From positions 2,692,891-2,756,890 of the forward strand of contig JBFWNU010000001.1 in assembly GCA_050250895.1 (NCBI GenBank): a stretch of DNA of 64,000 nt. Direction: 5' to 3'. Below, piece after piece: positions 9,480 through 19,776 of this stretch. Under the pieces are notes generated by a model. It ran no database searches, was not told the DNA's origin, and saw nothing but the letters and a program-made list of their open reading frames with translations. Made by a program: the position numbers and the translations under genes. The stretch is from Vulcanimicrobiota bacterium (GTDB lineage Bacteria; Vulcanimicrobiota; Xenobia; Xenobiales; JADMJV01). The stretch's first letter is position 1, and each line of letters begins with the position of its first letter.

Positions 9480-10712
9480 ATGGGTCGGGGCGAGGATAAA
9501 CTGTACGAGTATCGAGTCCTGGATGCCGACGGCCTGTCCCGCACGGGCGAGGTGCCGGCCGCCAGCCCTCAGGCTGCCCGGCGTCATTTGAAAGACGCCG
9601 GTTTCGCCACGGTGCTCTACGTCAAAGAGACGGGACGGACTCAGCCGGCGCTGGCGGTCACCAATCTCACCGCCAGCCGTCGGGTCGGGGGGCTCAAGGC
9701 CCAGGACCTGCAACTTCTCACCCTGCATCTGGCCACCATGCTCGGTTGCGGCGTGAGTCTGAGCCACGCCCTCGCTGTGCTCGGCGACAGTGAGCAGGAC
9801 GCGGTAGCCATCTGCGCGCGCCGGCTACTCAAGCATCTCGAAGGTGGTCATCCCCTGTCGCAGGCGATGTTGGCCCAGCCCGAGACCTTTTCGGGAAGCT
9901 ATGTGGGAGTCGTCGAGACGGGTGAGGTGACGGGTGGTCTCCACGTTAGCCTGGCTCGTCTGGCCCAGACCCTCGAGCGCCAGAACGAGGTGCTGCGACG
10001 GCTCAAAGGAGCCCTGGTCTACCCCGCCTTTCTCTTGCTCAGCTGCGGAGCGCTGATGCTGGTCATGCTGTATCTGATCTTTCCCATGGTCATTTCGGTC
10101 ACGGCCGCCGCCGGGGTCGAGCCTCCGCTGCTCACGCAGGTGCTCATCGTGCTGACCCGCCCGCGCACCTTTCTGAGCCTGCTGGTGGCCGTCGGCCTAC
10201 CCATCTTCTTGCTGGTCCGGCTCTGGCTTCACCCCCAGCGGGGACTACGTCTGCGCCGGGCCTTCGAGCGTCGCAACCCGGTGGGTCGGTTTTACGCCCA
10301 CGTCCAGGTCCTGTCGAGCATGCGCCACCTGGCCCTGATGTTGGCCAGCGGGGTCGACCTGCTCAAGGCCCTGATCCACAGCGGTCGTATCGGCGCGGGC
10401 AGCGTGCTGGTGCGCGAAGCCTTCGCCGAGGTGATCAATCAGGTCAAGCTCGGCTTCGAGCTGAGCACCAGCCTTGAACAGCACGAGGTCTTCCCCCCGG
10501 CTCTCTCGGGGATGGTGGCCGTCTCCGAGGCCACCGGTCGGCTCGATCACATGCTCAACAAGTTCTGCGATCTTTTCGAGGAGGGACTTAATAGCAAGAT
10601 CTCGGTGGTGTCGGCGGCCCTCGAACCGGTCATCTTGATGGTCATGGGGGTGGTCATCGGCACCATCCTCATCGCTGCCTTTCTCCCCATCTATAAGCTG
10701 GTCAGTCTGTAG
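9480..10712 (+). CDS. Type II secretion F / PilC family protein
   Basis: YEYRVLDADG, LATMLGCGVSLSHAL, GEVTGGL, LKGALVYP, SEATGRLD, LEPVILMVMGVVIGTILIAAFLPIY. Confidence 0.9.
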   Translation: MGRGEDKLYEYRVLDADGLSRTGEVPAASPQAARRHLKDAGFATVLYVKETGRTQPALAVTNLTASRRVGGLKAQDLQLLTLHLATMLGCGVSLSHALAVLGDSEQDAVAICARRLLKHLEGGHPLSQAMLAQPETFSGSYVGVVETGEVTGGLHVSLARLAQTLERQNEVLRRLKGALVYPAFLLLSCGALMLVMLYLIFPMVISVTAAAGVEPPLLTQVLIVLTRPRTFLSLLVAVGLPIFLLVRLWLHPQRGLRLRRAFERRNPVGRFYAHVQVLSSMRHLALMLASGVDLLKALIHSGRIGAGSVLVREAFAEVINQVKLGFELSTSLEQHEVFPPALSGMVAVSEATGRLDHMLNKFCDLFEEGLNSKISVVSAALEPVILMVMGVVIGTILIAAFLPIYKLVSL

Positions 10713-11680
10713 GCCAACTCGAGCGCCTCTTCCCGACTCTCGAATTCTCCGGCCACGTAGGCCTCCAGCAACTGTTCGTAGGTCTCGGCCCCACCCACCT
10801 CGGCCGGGCTCACCGGCAGGGAGGCAAAAGCCAGAGGACCGCAGGCGAAAAACTCCTCGAGCAACTGGTCGGCCAGATGCTCCCTGGCCGGGTCGAGGCT
10901 GCGCCACAGCATCACCGCCTCCGGCAGCTCTTCGCCCAGTTGCCGGAAGGCTCGAAACAACTCGACGGGGTCGGGTTCGGCGCTCAAAGCCCGTAGCGGC
11001 GCCAGCTCGATAGCCAGCTCACCGGCCGCCGCCCGCACCAGGCGATGGCGTCTCACGGGTCCAAAATGGCGAGCGGCGGCTCCCTCCAGCCGGGTCAGCC
11101 GAGCCCGCATGAGCGCCACTGCCGGGCCTTCCTCTGGCAGGCGGCTCGGTTGGGGCTGGGCCAGGCTGGCTTTCACTGTGGCGAGGTCGGCTCGAGCCAT
11201 CGGCGCCTGGCTGAAATCGCACCAGAACTGTCGCTCGGCACTGGGATAGACAGTGAATTCCATGTTCGCCTCGTCCTCGAACCTCCAGTGGAAGAACTCT
11301 CCCACTTGCTCGAAGCGAGCCGACTCCGGCAGCCAGTCGCGGGGAGCCTCGGGGTCCGAGTGATGCAGATGCAGGTCGATGTCTGAGTCGGGCCGGATGC
11401 GCCCACTCCAGACCGACCCTACCAATCGGGGCTGGAACGGCTCGAGTCGTTGCATCCATCTCACGGCTACTGCGCGCAGCCGGTTCAGTCGCTCGCCATG
11501 GGCTTCTCCCTCGACTCTTCGTCCCACTGCCAGCAACAGGTCGTGCACCTGGCGGTTAGCCGGCAGGGACCGCGTGCCCTGGCGGCGGGCCGCCTCTCGC
11601 TTGGCCGGCAGATACTCCCGATGCACTCCTCGATAGAGCAGCCTTGCCGCGCCCAGCGCCACCTGGTGCCTCAATCGCAT
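10691..11680 (-). CDS. Nucleotidyltransferase-domain protein with CCA-enzyme-like C-terminal tail
   Basis: AARLLY...EYLPAKREAAR N-terminus; pol-beta NTase motif VGSVWSGRIRPDSDIDLH; C-terminal LLEAYVAGEFESREEALELA. Confidence 0.65.
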   Translation of the reverse strand: MRLRHQVALGAARLLYRGVHREYLPAKREAARRQGTRSLPANRQVHDLLLAVGRRVEGEAHGERLNRLRAVAVRWMQRLEPFQPRLVGSVWSGRIRPDSDIDLHLHHSDPEAPRDWLPESARFEQVGEFFHWRFEDEANMEFTVYPSAERQFWCDFSQAPMARADLATVKASLAQPQPSRLPEEGPAVALMRARLTRLEGAAARHFGPVRRHRLVRAAAGELAIELAPLRALSAEPDPVELFRAFRQLGEELPEAVMLWRSLDPAREHLADQLLEEFFACGPLAFASLPVSPAEVGGAETYEQLLEAYVAGEFESREEALELAYRLTSL

Positions 11681-11773
11681 ATCACCAGCCTAGCATCCCA
11701 ATGTTTACATGATGTTTCGCACTTGCCCGGCTTCCTGGCATAATGTGTTGGCACAACGCTCAAGGAGACCGCC

Positions 11774-12760
11774 ATGCAGATTGCTGCCGCCGGTGTCCGA
11801 CCCTCATCCCGCAGCTACGAAGTGATCGCCACAGGTCAGGTCGACGACCCCACCGTGTCTGGCGACGGCCAGGTCTTTGCCTGGACCCGACGCGCCCCCA
11901 GCGTGTCCGAGATCGAAATGCAGCGTCGCGGCCAGGAGCCTCTGCTGGTGACCGACGACGACTACGCCGACAAGAAGCCCGTCCTCAACCGCGACGGCTC
12001 GGTCTGCGTGTGGGAGCGCTTCGACCGCACCGGCACCGAGAGTTGGGACATTTACCGGATGGGCCCCGGCGACAGCGAGCCCCAGGTGGTGGGCGCCGGC
12101 CCCGGCCCCGACTGGGACCCCCAGCTCAGCGACGACGGCAACAGCGTGGTTTGGGGACGCTACTCTCCTGACTATCGCGAGCGGACCGCCATGCTCTGGC
12201 ACAATGGCCAGGGCGAGACGGGCATGTCCGAGCCCCCCGTACTCTCGGCTCTGCCTCAGATCGCCGGCGACGGCGAGCGTGCCTTCTTCATGCGCCTGGC
12301 CCCGGCCAATTCCAGCAATCAGATCTGGATGCAAGAGGCGGATGGCTATCAAAAGCCCCTCCTTTACGAGACCGACCCCCGCAGCCGTAACAACCGCCAC
12401 GCCTTCAAGACCAACGACCACGGCGACTGGCTGACCTGGGTCGAGAAGGATGGAGCCGGTCCTGCCTCGTTGTTTCGCTGGCATCTCTCGGACGGCTTCT
12501 TCGAGAAGGTGGCCGAGGCCCCGATCATCGGCAGCGTCGACCTCTCTAACGACGGCCAGACGATGACCTGGACCCAGAGCGAGCCGGGGACGACCTCCCA
12601 GGTGATGCTCCGTCACGATGGCAAGACCATTCAGGTCACCGATGACGCCGAGGGACACAACGCCAACCCGACGCTGTCAGACGACGGTCACACCCTGGTC
12701 TGGCTGTGGCGCAATCCCAAATACCTGCACCCCAACGAAGTCCGCAAGCTCGACCTCTAG
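11774..12760 (+). CDS. TolB-like (PD40/WD40-like) beta-propeller protein
   Basis: Repeated P-x-L/V-S-x-D-G-x-x-x-x-W blades (PTVSGDGQVFAW, PQLSDDGNSVVW, PTLSDDGHTLVW); AAGGAG RBS. Confidence 0.8.
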   Translation: MQIAAAGVRPSSRSYEVIATGQVDDPTVSGDGQVFAWTRRAPSVSEIEMQRRGQEPLLVTDDDYADKKPVLNRDGSVCVWERFDRTGTESWDIYRMGPGDSEPQVVGAGPGPDWDPQLSDDGNSVVWGRYSPDYRERTAMLWHNGQGETGMSEPPVLSALPQIAGDGERAFFMRLAPANSSNQIWMQEADGYQKPLLYETDPRSRNNRHAFKTNDHGDWLTWVEKDGAGPASLFRWHLSDGFFEKVAEAPIIGSVDLSNDGQTMTWTQSEPGTTSQVMLRHDGKTIQVTDDAEGHNANPTLSDDGHTLVWLWRNPKYLHPNEVRKLDL

Positions 12761-12801
12761 GCGGGCCTTCGTGCGGGTGGTCCGGCCGGTTGGCACCCGA
12801 T

Positions 12802-12830
12802 TTGACCGAGCGGAGCAGATGCGGTATGAT
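12802..12830 (+). promoter_or_regulatory. Sigma70-type promoter of the RRM gene
   Basis: TTGACC (12802-12807), 17-nt spacer, TATGAT (12825-12830). Confidence 0.6.
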
Positions 12831-12937
12831 GGTGGGTAGAGCTTGGCCAGTCGGCCCGGCGAACCCGAGACCTATCCTCTTTCCCGTCTCCGTGTTTCCC
12901 CGTTGTTTTGCCCTGGCTTTGCATGATTTGGAGAACT

Positions 12938-13153
12938 ATGATCTATATAAAGAACTTCCCATCGAGCTGCCGCTCTGAGCTACTCACTCTCTTCGAGAAG
13001 TTTGGCGGCGCCGCGGTGGTCAGCCTGACCCGCGGCTGTGGGCTGGTGCGGATGCAAGACCGCGAGGAGGCCCTGGATGCCATTTCGCATCTCAACGGAC
13101 ACCTCTTCGAGGGACATCGCCTCTCGGTGGGCCCGACCCGCCGCCCCGGCTAG
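12938..13153 (+). CDS. Small RRM RNA-binding protein
   Basis: MIYIKNFP (RNP2), RGCGLVRM (RNP1-like), EALDAISHLNGHLFEGHRLSV; GGAGA RBS. Confidence 0.8.
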   Translation: MIYIKNFPSSCRSELLTLFEKFGGAAVVSLTRGCGLVRMQDREEALDAISHLNGHLFEGHRLSVGPTRRPG

Positions 13154-13171
13154 GCTCGAGCCTGCCAAACG

Positions 13172-13205
13172 AAAAAAGCCCGTCGGCCTCGCCGACGGGC
13201 TTTTT
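13172..13205. terminator. Bidirectional intrinsic terminator
   Basis: AAAAAAGCCCGTCGGC-CTC-GCCGACGGGCTTTTT between the convergent RRM and GSIII genes. Confidence 0.9.
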
Positions 13206-13217
13206 GGTTGGAAGCGC

Positions 13218-15431
13218 CTACTTCACGAAGAGCATTTCGCGGTAAGACGGCAGCGGCCAGAGTTCGGCCGAGACCTGAGTCTCGAGTTCGTCGCCCAGCG
13301 TGCGCAGCTCATCCATGACCGGCAGCACCTTGCTCTTGAGCAGCTTGGCGTGCTTGTTCAGGTCGTCGTCGTGCAGGGTGCTTAGCTCGGTGAGCTTGTC
13401 GAGGGTCTTGGCGTAGCGGTCGACCAGCTCGGCAAAGCTCTTCAAAGTCGCCTTGAGCGCCGGAGCCTTGACTCCGGCCGCCTCGGTGGCGACGATGGTC
13501 TTGGCCAGTCGGGCCTGATGCTCGAGGGCGGCTGCCATGATGTTCTGGCGGCCGATGAGGACCATCTGCTCGACCTCGATCTGCAACTCTTTGACGTACT
13601 TCTCCATGAAGATGTGGACGCGGCTTTCCACTTCTTCGCCCGTGAGCACCTTGTACTTCTCGAAGAGCTTGATGTTCTTCTTGTCGCCCAGGGCGGGAAT
13701 GGCGGTGGTGCAGTCGGCGAGGTTGGGAAGGCCACGCTTCTTGGCTTCGTTGTGCCACTCTTCGGTGTAGTTGTCGCCGTTGAAGATGATCCGCTTGTGG
13801 TCGCGGATGATCTGCTGCATCACGGCTACGGCCGCTTTGCGGCGAGCTTCGGGAGTCACTTCCTTCTTGCCGAGCTTTTTCTCGAGCTCGGTGGCCACGT
13901 AGTCGAGCGACTCGGCCACCATCGTGTTGAGGATGGTGTTCGGCCAGGCCACCGACTGCGACGAACCCACGGCGCGGAACTCGAACTTGTTGCCGGTGAA
14001 GGCGAAGGGCGAGGTGCGGTTGCGGTCGCCCGAGTGACGAGGCAGCTGAGGCAGGGTGCGCGAGCCCAGGTCGAGAGCGCCGCCCTTGAGGGTGCGTTCG
14101 CTGGTGCCCTTCTCGAGCTGCTCGCACAGGTCGGTCAACATATCGCCCAGGAAGATCGACATGATGGCCGGTGGAGCTTCGTTGGCACCGAGGCGATGGT
14201 CGTTGCCAGTCGAGGCCACGCTGGCGCGCAGCAGGTCGCCGTGCAGGTCGACGGCGCGGATGACGGCGCACAAGAACACCAGGAAGAGGGTGTTGGTGTG
14301 GGTCTCGTCCTGCGGGTCGAGCAGGTTGCTGCCGGTGCTGGTGACCATCGACCAGTTGTTGTGCTTGCCCGAGCCGTTGACACCGGCGAAAGGCTTCTCA
14401 TGTAGCAGCACCTGCAAGCCGTAGCGCGGAGCCACGCGGCGCAGGGTCTCCATGATCAGCATCTGGTGGTCGCAAGCGACGTTGGCCGTCTCGAAGGTCG
14501 GAGCGATCTCGAACTGGCCGGGGGCCACTTCGTTGTGGCGGGTCTTCACCGGCACGCCGACCCGATACAGATCCCGCTCGACTTCGGCCATAAACGATAG
14601 CACGCGAGGCGGAATCGAGCCGAAGTAGTGATCCTCCATCTGCTGGCCCTTCGGAGGCTTGGCGCCGAACAGAGTGCGCTCGCAGGTGACCAGGTCGGGG
14701 CGTGAATAGTAGAGGTTGCGATCGATCAGAAAATACTCTTGTTCGCAGCCGAGAGTCGTCAGAACGCGCTTGACGCCGTGGTCAGCATCGAAAATCTTGA
14801 GGATGCGCAGGGCCTGGTTCGAGACCGCATCCATCGAGCGCAGCAGGGGCGTCTTGTGGTCAAGCGCCGCGCCCGTCCAGGAGACGAAGGCGGTGGGAAT
14901 GACCAGGGTCACGTGGTTGCGGCCGCGGACCAGGAAGGCCGGGCTGCTCGGGTCCCAGGCGGTGTAGCCGCGGGCTTCAAAGGTCGCGCGCAGACCGCCG
15001 GAGGGAAAGCTCGAAGCGTCGGGCTCGCCCTGGGTCAACTCCGAACCGGAGAGGCTGAAGTGCATTCCGCCTTCGTTGTCGCTCACGATGAACGAGTCGT
15101 GCTTTTCGGCGGTGCTGCCGGTCAAAGGCTGGAACCAGTGAGTGTAGTGAGTGGCTCCGTTCTCGATAGCCCAGTCTTTCATGGCCGAGGCCACGACATC
15201 GGCGATCTCGGGGTTGAGGGCCTCGCCCGACTCGAAGGTACGCATGAGCTGCTTGAAAACGGCTTTGGGAAGGCGCTGGCGCATCTCGTTGATGCTAAAG
15301 ACGTCAGCACCATAGAACTGATCGACCCGCTCGGGTTTCTTGCCGTTGGAGTGACCATTGGCGTGGGCCTGTTCGGACCACGTAATAGCGGCGGAGATGG
15401 CGCCGCGGCGTGCTTGTGTGGAACTCATCAT
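13218..15431 (-). CDS. glnN: Glutamine synthetase type III
   Basis: [99 protein letters not shown]. Start at MMSSTQ after a GGGAG RBS. Confidence 0.95.
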   Translation of the reverse strand: MMSSTQARRGAISAAITWSEQAHANGHSNGKKPERVDQFYGADVFSINEMRQRLPKAVFKQLMRTFESGEALNPEIADVVASAMKDWAIENGATHYTHWFQPLTGSTAEKHDSFIVSDNEGGMHFSLSGSELTQGEPDASSFPSGGLRATFEARGYTAWDPSSPAFLVRGRNHVTLVIPTAFVSWTGAALDHKTPLLRSMDAVSNQALRILKIFDADHGVKRVLTTLGCEQEYFLIDRNLYYSRPDLVTCERTLFGAKPPKGQQMEDHYFGSIPPRVLSFMAEVERDLYRVGVPVKTRHNEVAPGQFEIAPTFETANVACDHQMLIMETLRRVAPRYGLQVLLHEKPFAGVNGSGKHNNWSMVTSTGSNLLDPQDETHTNTLFLVFLCAVIRAVDLHGDLLRASVASTGNDHRLGANEAPPAIMSIFLGDMLTDLCEQLEKGTSERTLKGGALDLGSRTLPQLPRHSGDRNRTSPFAFTGNKFEFRAVGSSQSVAWPNTILNTMVAESLDYVATELEKKLGKKEVTPEARRKAAVAVMQQIIRDHKRIIFNGDNYTEEWHNEAKKRGLPNLADCTTAIPALGDKKNIKLFEKYKVLTGEEVESRVHIFMEKYVKELQIEVEQMVLIGRQNIMAAALEHQARLAKTIVATEAAGVKAPALKATLKSFAELVDRYAKTLDKLTELSTLHDDDLNKHAKLLKSKVLPVMDELRTLGDELETQVSAELWPLPSYREMLFVK

Positions 15432-15574
15432 TGGACTCCCTTGTTGGTTGGTGCTCCAAGCCGGATCCCGCCCCGGAACGGCGGCCCCTTCGCGGACTGG
15501 GCCCAAAGTCTCCTTTAGGCATGAGCGAAAAATGGCCCAACCACGAGAAAATGACCCGTTTGGGTCATGGCGGT

Positions 15575-16042
15575 CTAGGCGCGAGGAGGGAGTTTGAACT
15601 CGCTGTAGCTGATGAGGCCCGAGTCGTTGTTGATCGACACACGCTGATACTCGCGCTGACCGTCATCGGCCACCTGAATCTTGGTGTAGCAGTCGACGTT
15701 GCGATTGACCAGCAGCACCCCGTTGATGCCCCCGGCCATGCAGCCGGCCACCTGGCTGGCGATGCGCAGCTGGGCGCCTCGCGCTTCGTCATTCTGGACG
15801 AAGGCTTTGAGTTCACCGTGGAGGTCCATGGAGTTGGCGGCCAGCACGCGGTCCGACTTGGGGTCGATGAGGGACAGGTGGGTCCAGCGGTTGAGCGCGG
15901 TCTGGTCCTCGATCTTGATCTCAGGCGCCTGGCGCTGAGCCCACTCGACCTCTTCTTTGACCTTCATGGCTTTCTGGTAAGCCTCGGCCTGGGACGGCGA
16001 GCGGAAATTTCCAATGTCCTGGGGGCGGATACTTACATCCAT
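15575..16042 (-). CDS. Hypothetical protein
   Basis: 155-aa ORF with ATG start and normal composition; no family recognised. Confidence 0.65.
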   Translation of the reverse strand: MDVSIRPQDIGNFRSPSQAEAYQKAMKVKEEVEWAQRQAPEIKIEDQTALNRWTHLSLIDPKSDRVLAANSMDLHGELKAFVQNDEARGAQLRIASQVAGCMAGGINGVLLVNRNVDCYTKIQVADDGQREYQRVSINNDSGLISYSEFKLPPRA

Positions 16043-16179
16043 AGCTAGAGCATTCCCCCCCGATGCGCTCTTCCCCTTGTAGAGTTTTGTTTAGGCATCG
16101 TTATGACATTCCCCAATTTCGACTACCGGTATAGTATCGGCTGGACCTGAAGAAAACCTAAAATGCCGATAGCCTGCGG

Positions 16180-16830
16180 CCAAGGAGCGAGGCCTTCGGC
16201 CTCGAGAAAGGAGCGGCCTGCGGCCGGGAGGGGAGCCGCGCTTTGCGCGGGGAAGGGAGCGAGACCTTTGGCCTCGAGAAAGGAGCGGCCTGCGGCCGGG
16301 AGGGGAGCCGCGCTTTGCGCGGGGAAGGGAGCGAAGCTCGCTGAGCTCGCTTCGAGTTTGGAGATAGTCGACGCTACGCGTCGTCAATCCTGGGCGGCTG
16401 CGCCGCCGGTGCCGAGGGTTAGGCCAACCTCGCCCGGGCCTGGGGTATTCGGCAGCACACACTGCCGGATTCGGCGTACCTCGCTGCCGAGTGGGCCGAG
16501 CCCGCCGAGCTGGCGTTGCCCCCGAGGGATTCGGCAGCACACACTGCCGGATTTGGCTTACCCCGCTGCCGAATGGGCCGAGCCCGCTATCGGCCGCTAC
16601 GGGCGCGGGCAGCCGCGGGTGTGCGCCGTACAGTTCGGTATAGCCAGTGTGCGGCGCAAGTGTGCGCCGTACAGCCCGGCTCGCTCGGTGGGCGGCGCAC
16701 AACTTGCCTCCACTTCCGCGCGGAAGTCCAGTCCGCGAGCGCGGTGGCTGGCTCGACTGGGCGGCCGGCCGCCGCGCACGCTCGTACGGGCCGACCCCTG
16801 TGGGCGGGAGGCGGGTTTGCCAAGGTCGAA
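16180..16830. repeat. Composite palindromic repeat cluster (REP/MITE-like), copy 1
   Basis: Tandem GGCCTCGAGAAAGGAGCGGCCTGCGGCCGGGAGGGGAGCCGCGCTTTGCGCGG units, core GAGCGAAGCTCGC...TTGGAGATAGTCGACGC, twin ATTCGGCAGCACACACTGCCGGATT hairpins, and a GTGTGCGCCG...TGCGGCGCA block ending CACTTCCGCGCGGAAGT (16619-16727). Confidence 0.8.
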
Positions 16831-16837
16831 GTGAGGG

Positions 16838-17695
16838 TTGATGGTTAGACGCTTCGAGTTGGCGGTGTTGGTAGGGCTGGTAGCTCTCGTCGCCTGGTGG
16901 TCCCGGCCGGCCGGCCACGATTTTCGCCTGCGAGCCACTTTCGAGCCAGGCAGCAGCGGACAACAAGCCTGGGTGGTGGACACTGCCGACCCTGGCCAGT
17001 TCAGTCAAGTTCAGGTTGAGTATCTTGAGGGCCAGGCGAAGGGCATCGACTTCTTCGGGCTTGAGCCAGAGTATGTGGGTGATGGCGGCGCTGACCGCCC
17101 CACCCGAACCATCGAGGTCTGGCACAAAGGACGCCATCACCGGGTGAGCGTGAGTCGCCAGGCGGCTTGCCAACAGGCGGGTGCCGTTCGTTTTGCCCGA
17201 ATCTGGGACAATCTGGTCTGGTTCGTTGGGCAAGACGCGAGCACGAACTTGGGCGGGTTCACGGTTTACGAGGACATCTCTGTAGCCGGGGTGAGCTTCG
17301 ACGACCGTCGCCAAGATGTCGAAGCCGCCTGGGGTCCGCCGCAATCGGTCGAGTCCTTCTCGGTGGATGTCGAGCCGTGGGAATTGGGGCACGAGGGACC
17401 CGACCACTATGAAAAACTCATCTATCCCGATCGCGAGGCGGTCGTGCTCCGTGATTCGAAAGTCACCTATCTGAAAGGCCCAGAGTTTAGCGCCTTCGGA
17501 GTTCACGTCAGGGCTGGCCAGGACATGGGCGAGCTAGAGAAGCTGCTCGGACCGGCCAGACACGGCGAATCCGATCCCGAGTGGGCCGACTTTCAACAAA
17601 GTGTCCAAGCCAGAGTGGTGGATGGCCGCGTGGTCGAGTTTGGCGTGGGCGTCCAGCCCAGGTATATCGACTACCACAGGGCTTCCGGGGTTTAA
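16838..17695 (+). CDS. Membrane-anchored/exported hypothetical protein
   Basis: N-terminal hydrophobic segment RRFELAVLVGLVALVAWW; clean 285-aa ORF; a degenerate paralog follows immediately. Confidence 0.7.
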   Translation: MMVRRFELAVLVGLVALVAWWSRPAGHDFRLRATFEPGSSGQQAWVVDTADPGQFSQVQVEYLEGQAKGIDFFGLEPEYVGDGGADRPTRTIEVWHKGRHHRVSVSRQAACQQAGAVRFARIWDNLVWFVGQDASTNLGGFTVYEDISVAGVSFDDRRQDVEAAWGPPQSVESFSVDVEPWELGHEGPDHYEKLIYPDREAVVLRDSKVTYLKGPEFSAFGVHVRAGQDMGELEKLLGPARHGESDPEWADFQQSVQARVVDGRVVEFGVGVQPRYIDYHRASGV

Positions 17696-17714
17696 TTTGT
17701 CCAGGCCCACTAAA

Positions 17715-19040
17715 CGACGCTTCGAGGTGGCGGGTTGGTAGGGCTGGTAGCTCTGCTCGCCTGGTGGTCCCGGCCGCCCGGTCACGAGTTTCGTCTGCGA
17801 GCCACTTTCGAACCAGGCCGCAGTGGGCAACAAGCCTGGGTGGTCGACACCGCGGACCCCCGCCAAAACAGTCGCATTCAGGCACGGTATCTGGAAAGGC
17901 AGACCCAGGGCCTCGACTTCTTCGGGCTCCAGCCCGCCTATGTCGGGGATGGTGACCCTGACGCCCTACGCGAACGATCGAAATCTGGGATCGAGGGCGC
18001 CATCACCGCGTTCGTGTGAGTGGCCGGCCGGCCGAGGGAGGAGCGGCCTGCGGCCGGGAGGGGAGCCGCGCTGCGCGCGGGGGAAGGAGCGAGTGGCCTT
18101 CGGCCTCGAGAAAGGAGCGGCCTGCGGCCGAGAGGGGAGCGAAGCTCGCTTAGCTCGCTTCGAGTCTTGGAGATAGTCGACGCTTCGCGTCGTGAACCTG
18201 AGCGGCTGCGCCGCCGGCGGGCCTGGGTCGGGCTTGTTCGCTGTCTTCCGTTGGGTGTGCGCCGCACAGCTCGGTTTAGCCAGTGTACGGCGCAAGTGTG
18301 CGCCGCACAGCTCGGTTCGCTTGGTGTGCGGCGCACAACTTGCCAAGGCCACTTCCGCGCGGAAGTCTGGCTCGGCCAGCCGGTCGCGGCGGCCTCGAGA
18401 AAGGAGCGAGGCCTTCGGCCTCGAGAAAGGAGCGAGTGGCCTTCGGCCTCGAGGAAGGAGCGGCCTGCGGCCGAGAGGGGAGCGAAGCTCGCTTAGCTCG
18501 CTTCGAGTCTTGGAGATAGTCGACGCTTCGCGTCGTGAACCTGAGCGGCTGCGCCGCCGGCGAGCTGCCAGGCCCCACTCGACCCGGCCGAGCCAGCCGC
18601 GACCCGGCAGGGGCCGAACGCTTGCTCGCTGTCTTCTGGCGAGTGTGCGCCGCACATGCCGGTTTAGCCAGTGTGCGGCGCAAGTGTGCGCCGCACAGCC
18701 CGATTCGGCCGGTGTGCGGCGCACAACCTGCCACGCCAACTTCCGCGCGGAAGTCTGGCTCGGCCCGCCGGCCGCGGCTTGGTGCGAAGCAGTGCTCGGT
18801 AGCAGCAATTCGGTCATTTTTCTCCGCGGACCCGAACTTAGCGCCTATGGACGCACGGTCAGGGCCGGGCAACCGCGCGCCGCGATGACAGCGTTTCTGG
18901 GTGAGCCCGAACAGGCTACCGGCGATACGCTGACCTTCGACAACCTGGTCAAAGCAGACCTCGCGGGAGATCGTCTGGCCGCGTTTCGGCTCGGCCTGCA
19001 CCCCAGCGAGTACACCCCTTGCGACCGGGCCGCCTTCTAA
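17715..19040 (+). pseudogene. Disrupted paralog of 16838..17695, middle replaced by a repeat cluster
   Basis: 17717-18030 is a close nucleotide copy of the 5' part of the upstream gene, with the start lost and indels. 18813-19040 encodes VIFLRGPELSAYGRTVRAGQ...LGEP...FRLGLHP, matching upstream VTYLKGPEFSAFGVHVRAGQ...LLGP...FGVGVQP. Confidence 0.75.
18030..18785. repeat. Composite palindromic repeat cluster, two tandem copies
   Basis: GGAGCGAAGCTCGCTTAGCTCGCTTCGAGTCTTGGAGATAGTCGACGCTTCGCGTCGTGAACCTGAGCGGCTGCGCCGCCGGC at ~18136 and ~18479; GTGTGCGCCGCACA blocks at 18255-18366 and 18643-18754. Confidence 0.85.
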
Positions 19041-19145
19041 ATCGCTCGGCCTACGCCTAACGGCCGATAGGGGTCATCCATTTGGAGGATAGTCAATTTC
19101 CGCGATGGGTGTATCATTGGAAGACTGAAATCTACTGGAGGGACG

Positions 19146-19742
19146 TTGTTACATCCGCATACGGAACTTCGCCATATCAATGATGAGATAGGATATGGCG
19201 TGTTCGCAACCCGCCCCATTCCGATGGGAACGATCACCTGGGTCCTCGACCCTCTCGACCGCGTGCTGGATCTCGATAACGATCCCCAATTCAGAAATTA
19301 CCCGGCGACTCTCGAGCGCTATACCTTCGTCAACTCCGACGGGCACTACGTGCTCTGTTGGGATCTGGCCCGCTTCGTCAACCACAACTGCGAGGCCAAC
19401 TGTCTGAGCCCGGGTTTCGACTTCGAGATCGCCATCCGCGACATCGCCGCCGGCGAGCAGATGACCAACGACTACGGCTCGCTCAACCTCGAAAAACCGA
19501 TGCAGTGTCGCTGCGACTCCCAGAAGTGCCGCGGCATTACCCGGCCTGAAGACTTCGAACAACTCGCTCCCGACTGGGATCGTCTGCTCAAGCGGGCTTT
19601 CCCTCACATCAACGGAGTAGACCAGCCCCTGTGGACCTGGGTCAAAGAGCGGGACGAGGTCGAGCGCTGCTTGCAAGACGCTGGTTTGATGCCCTCCATC
19701 CTACGCCACCGTCACCAGTCTCACGCTCGTCCGGTAGTCTAG
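19146..19742 (+). CDS. SET-domain protein-lysine methyltransferase family protein
   Basis: IGYGVFATRPI, ARFVNHNCEAN, AIRDIAAGEQMTNDY, post-SET CRCDSQKCRG; TTG start with GGAGG RBS. Confidence 0.9.
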   Translation: MLHPHTELRHINDEIGYGVFATRPIPMGTITWVLDPLDRVLDLDNDPQFRNYPATLERYTFVNSDGHYVLCWDLARFVNHNCEANCLSPGFDFEIAIRDIAAGEQMTNDYGSLNLEKPMQCRCDSQKCRGITRPEDFEQLAPDWDRLLKRAFPHINGVDQPLWTWVKERDEVERCLQDAGLMPSILRHRHQSHARPVV

Positions 19743-19776
19743 AGGATCGCCGGCCGCCCTCTGCAAAGGGGCGGCC

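Noticed and set aside
15524-15539. Possible sigma54 promoter (TGGGCCATTTTTCGCT, minus strand) upstream of GSIII
   Set aside because: GG-N10-GC spacing fits and the context is plausible, but the match to TGGCAC-N5-TTGC is too weak to call.
16091-19001. Long ORFs 16091..17506, 16163..16834, 17966..18817 and 18276..19001
   Set aside because: Translations of GC-rich repeats or antisense of the real gene; low-complexity Arg/Ala/Pro sequence.
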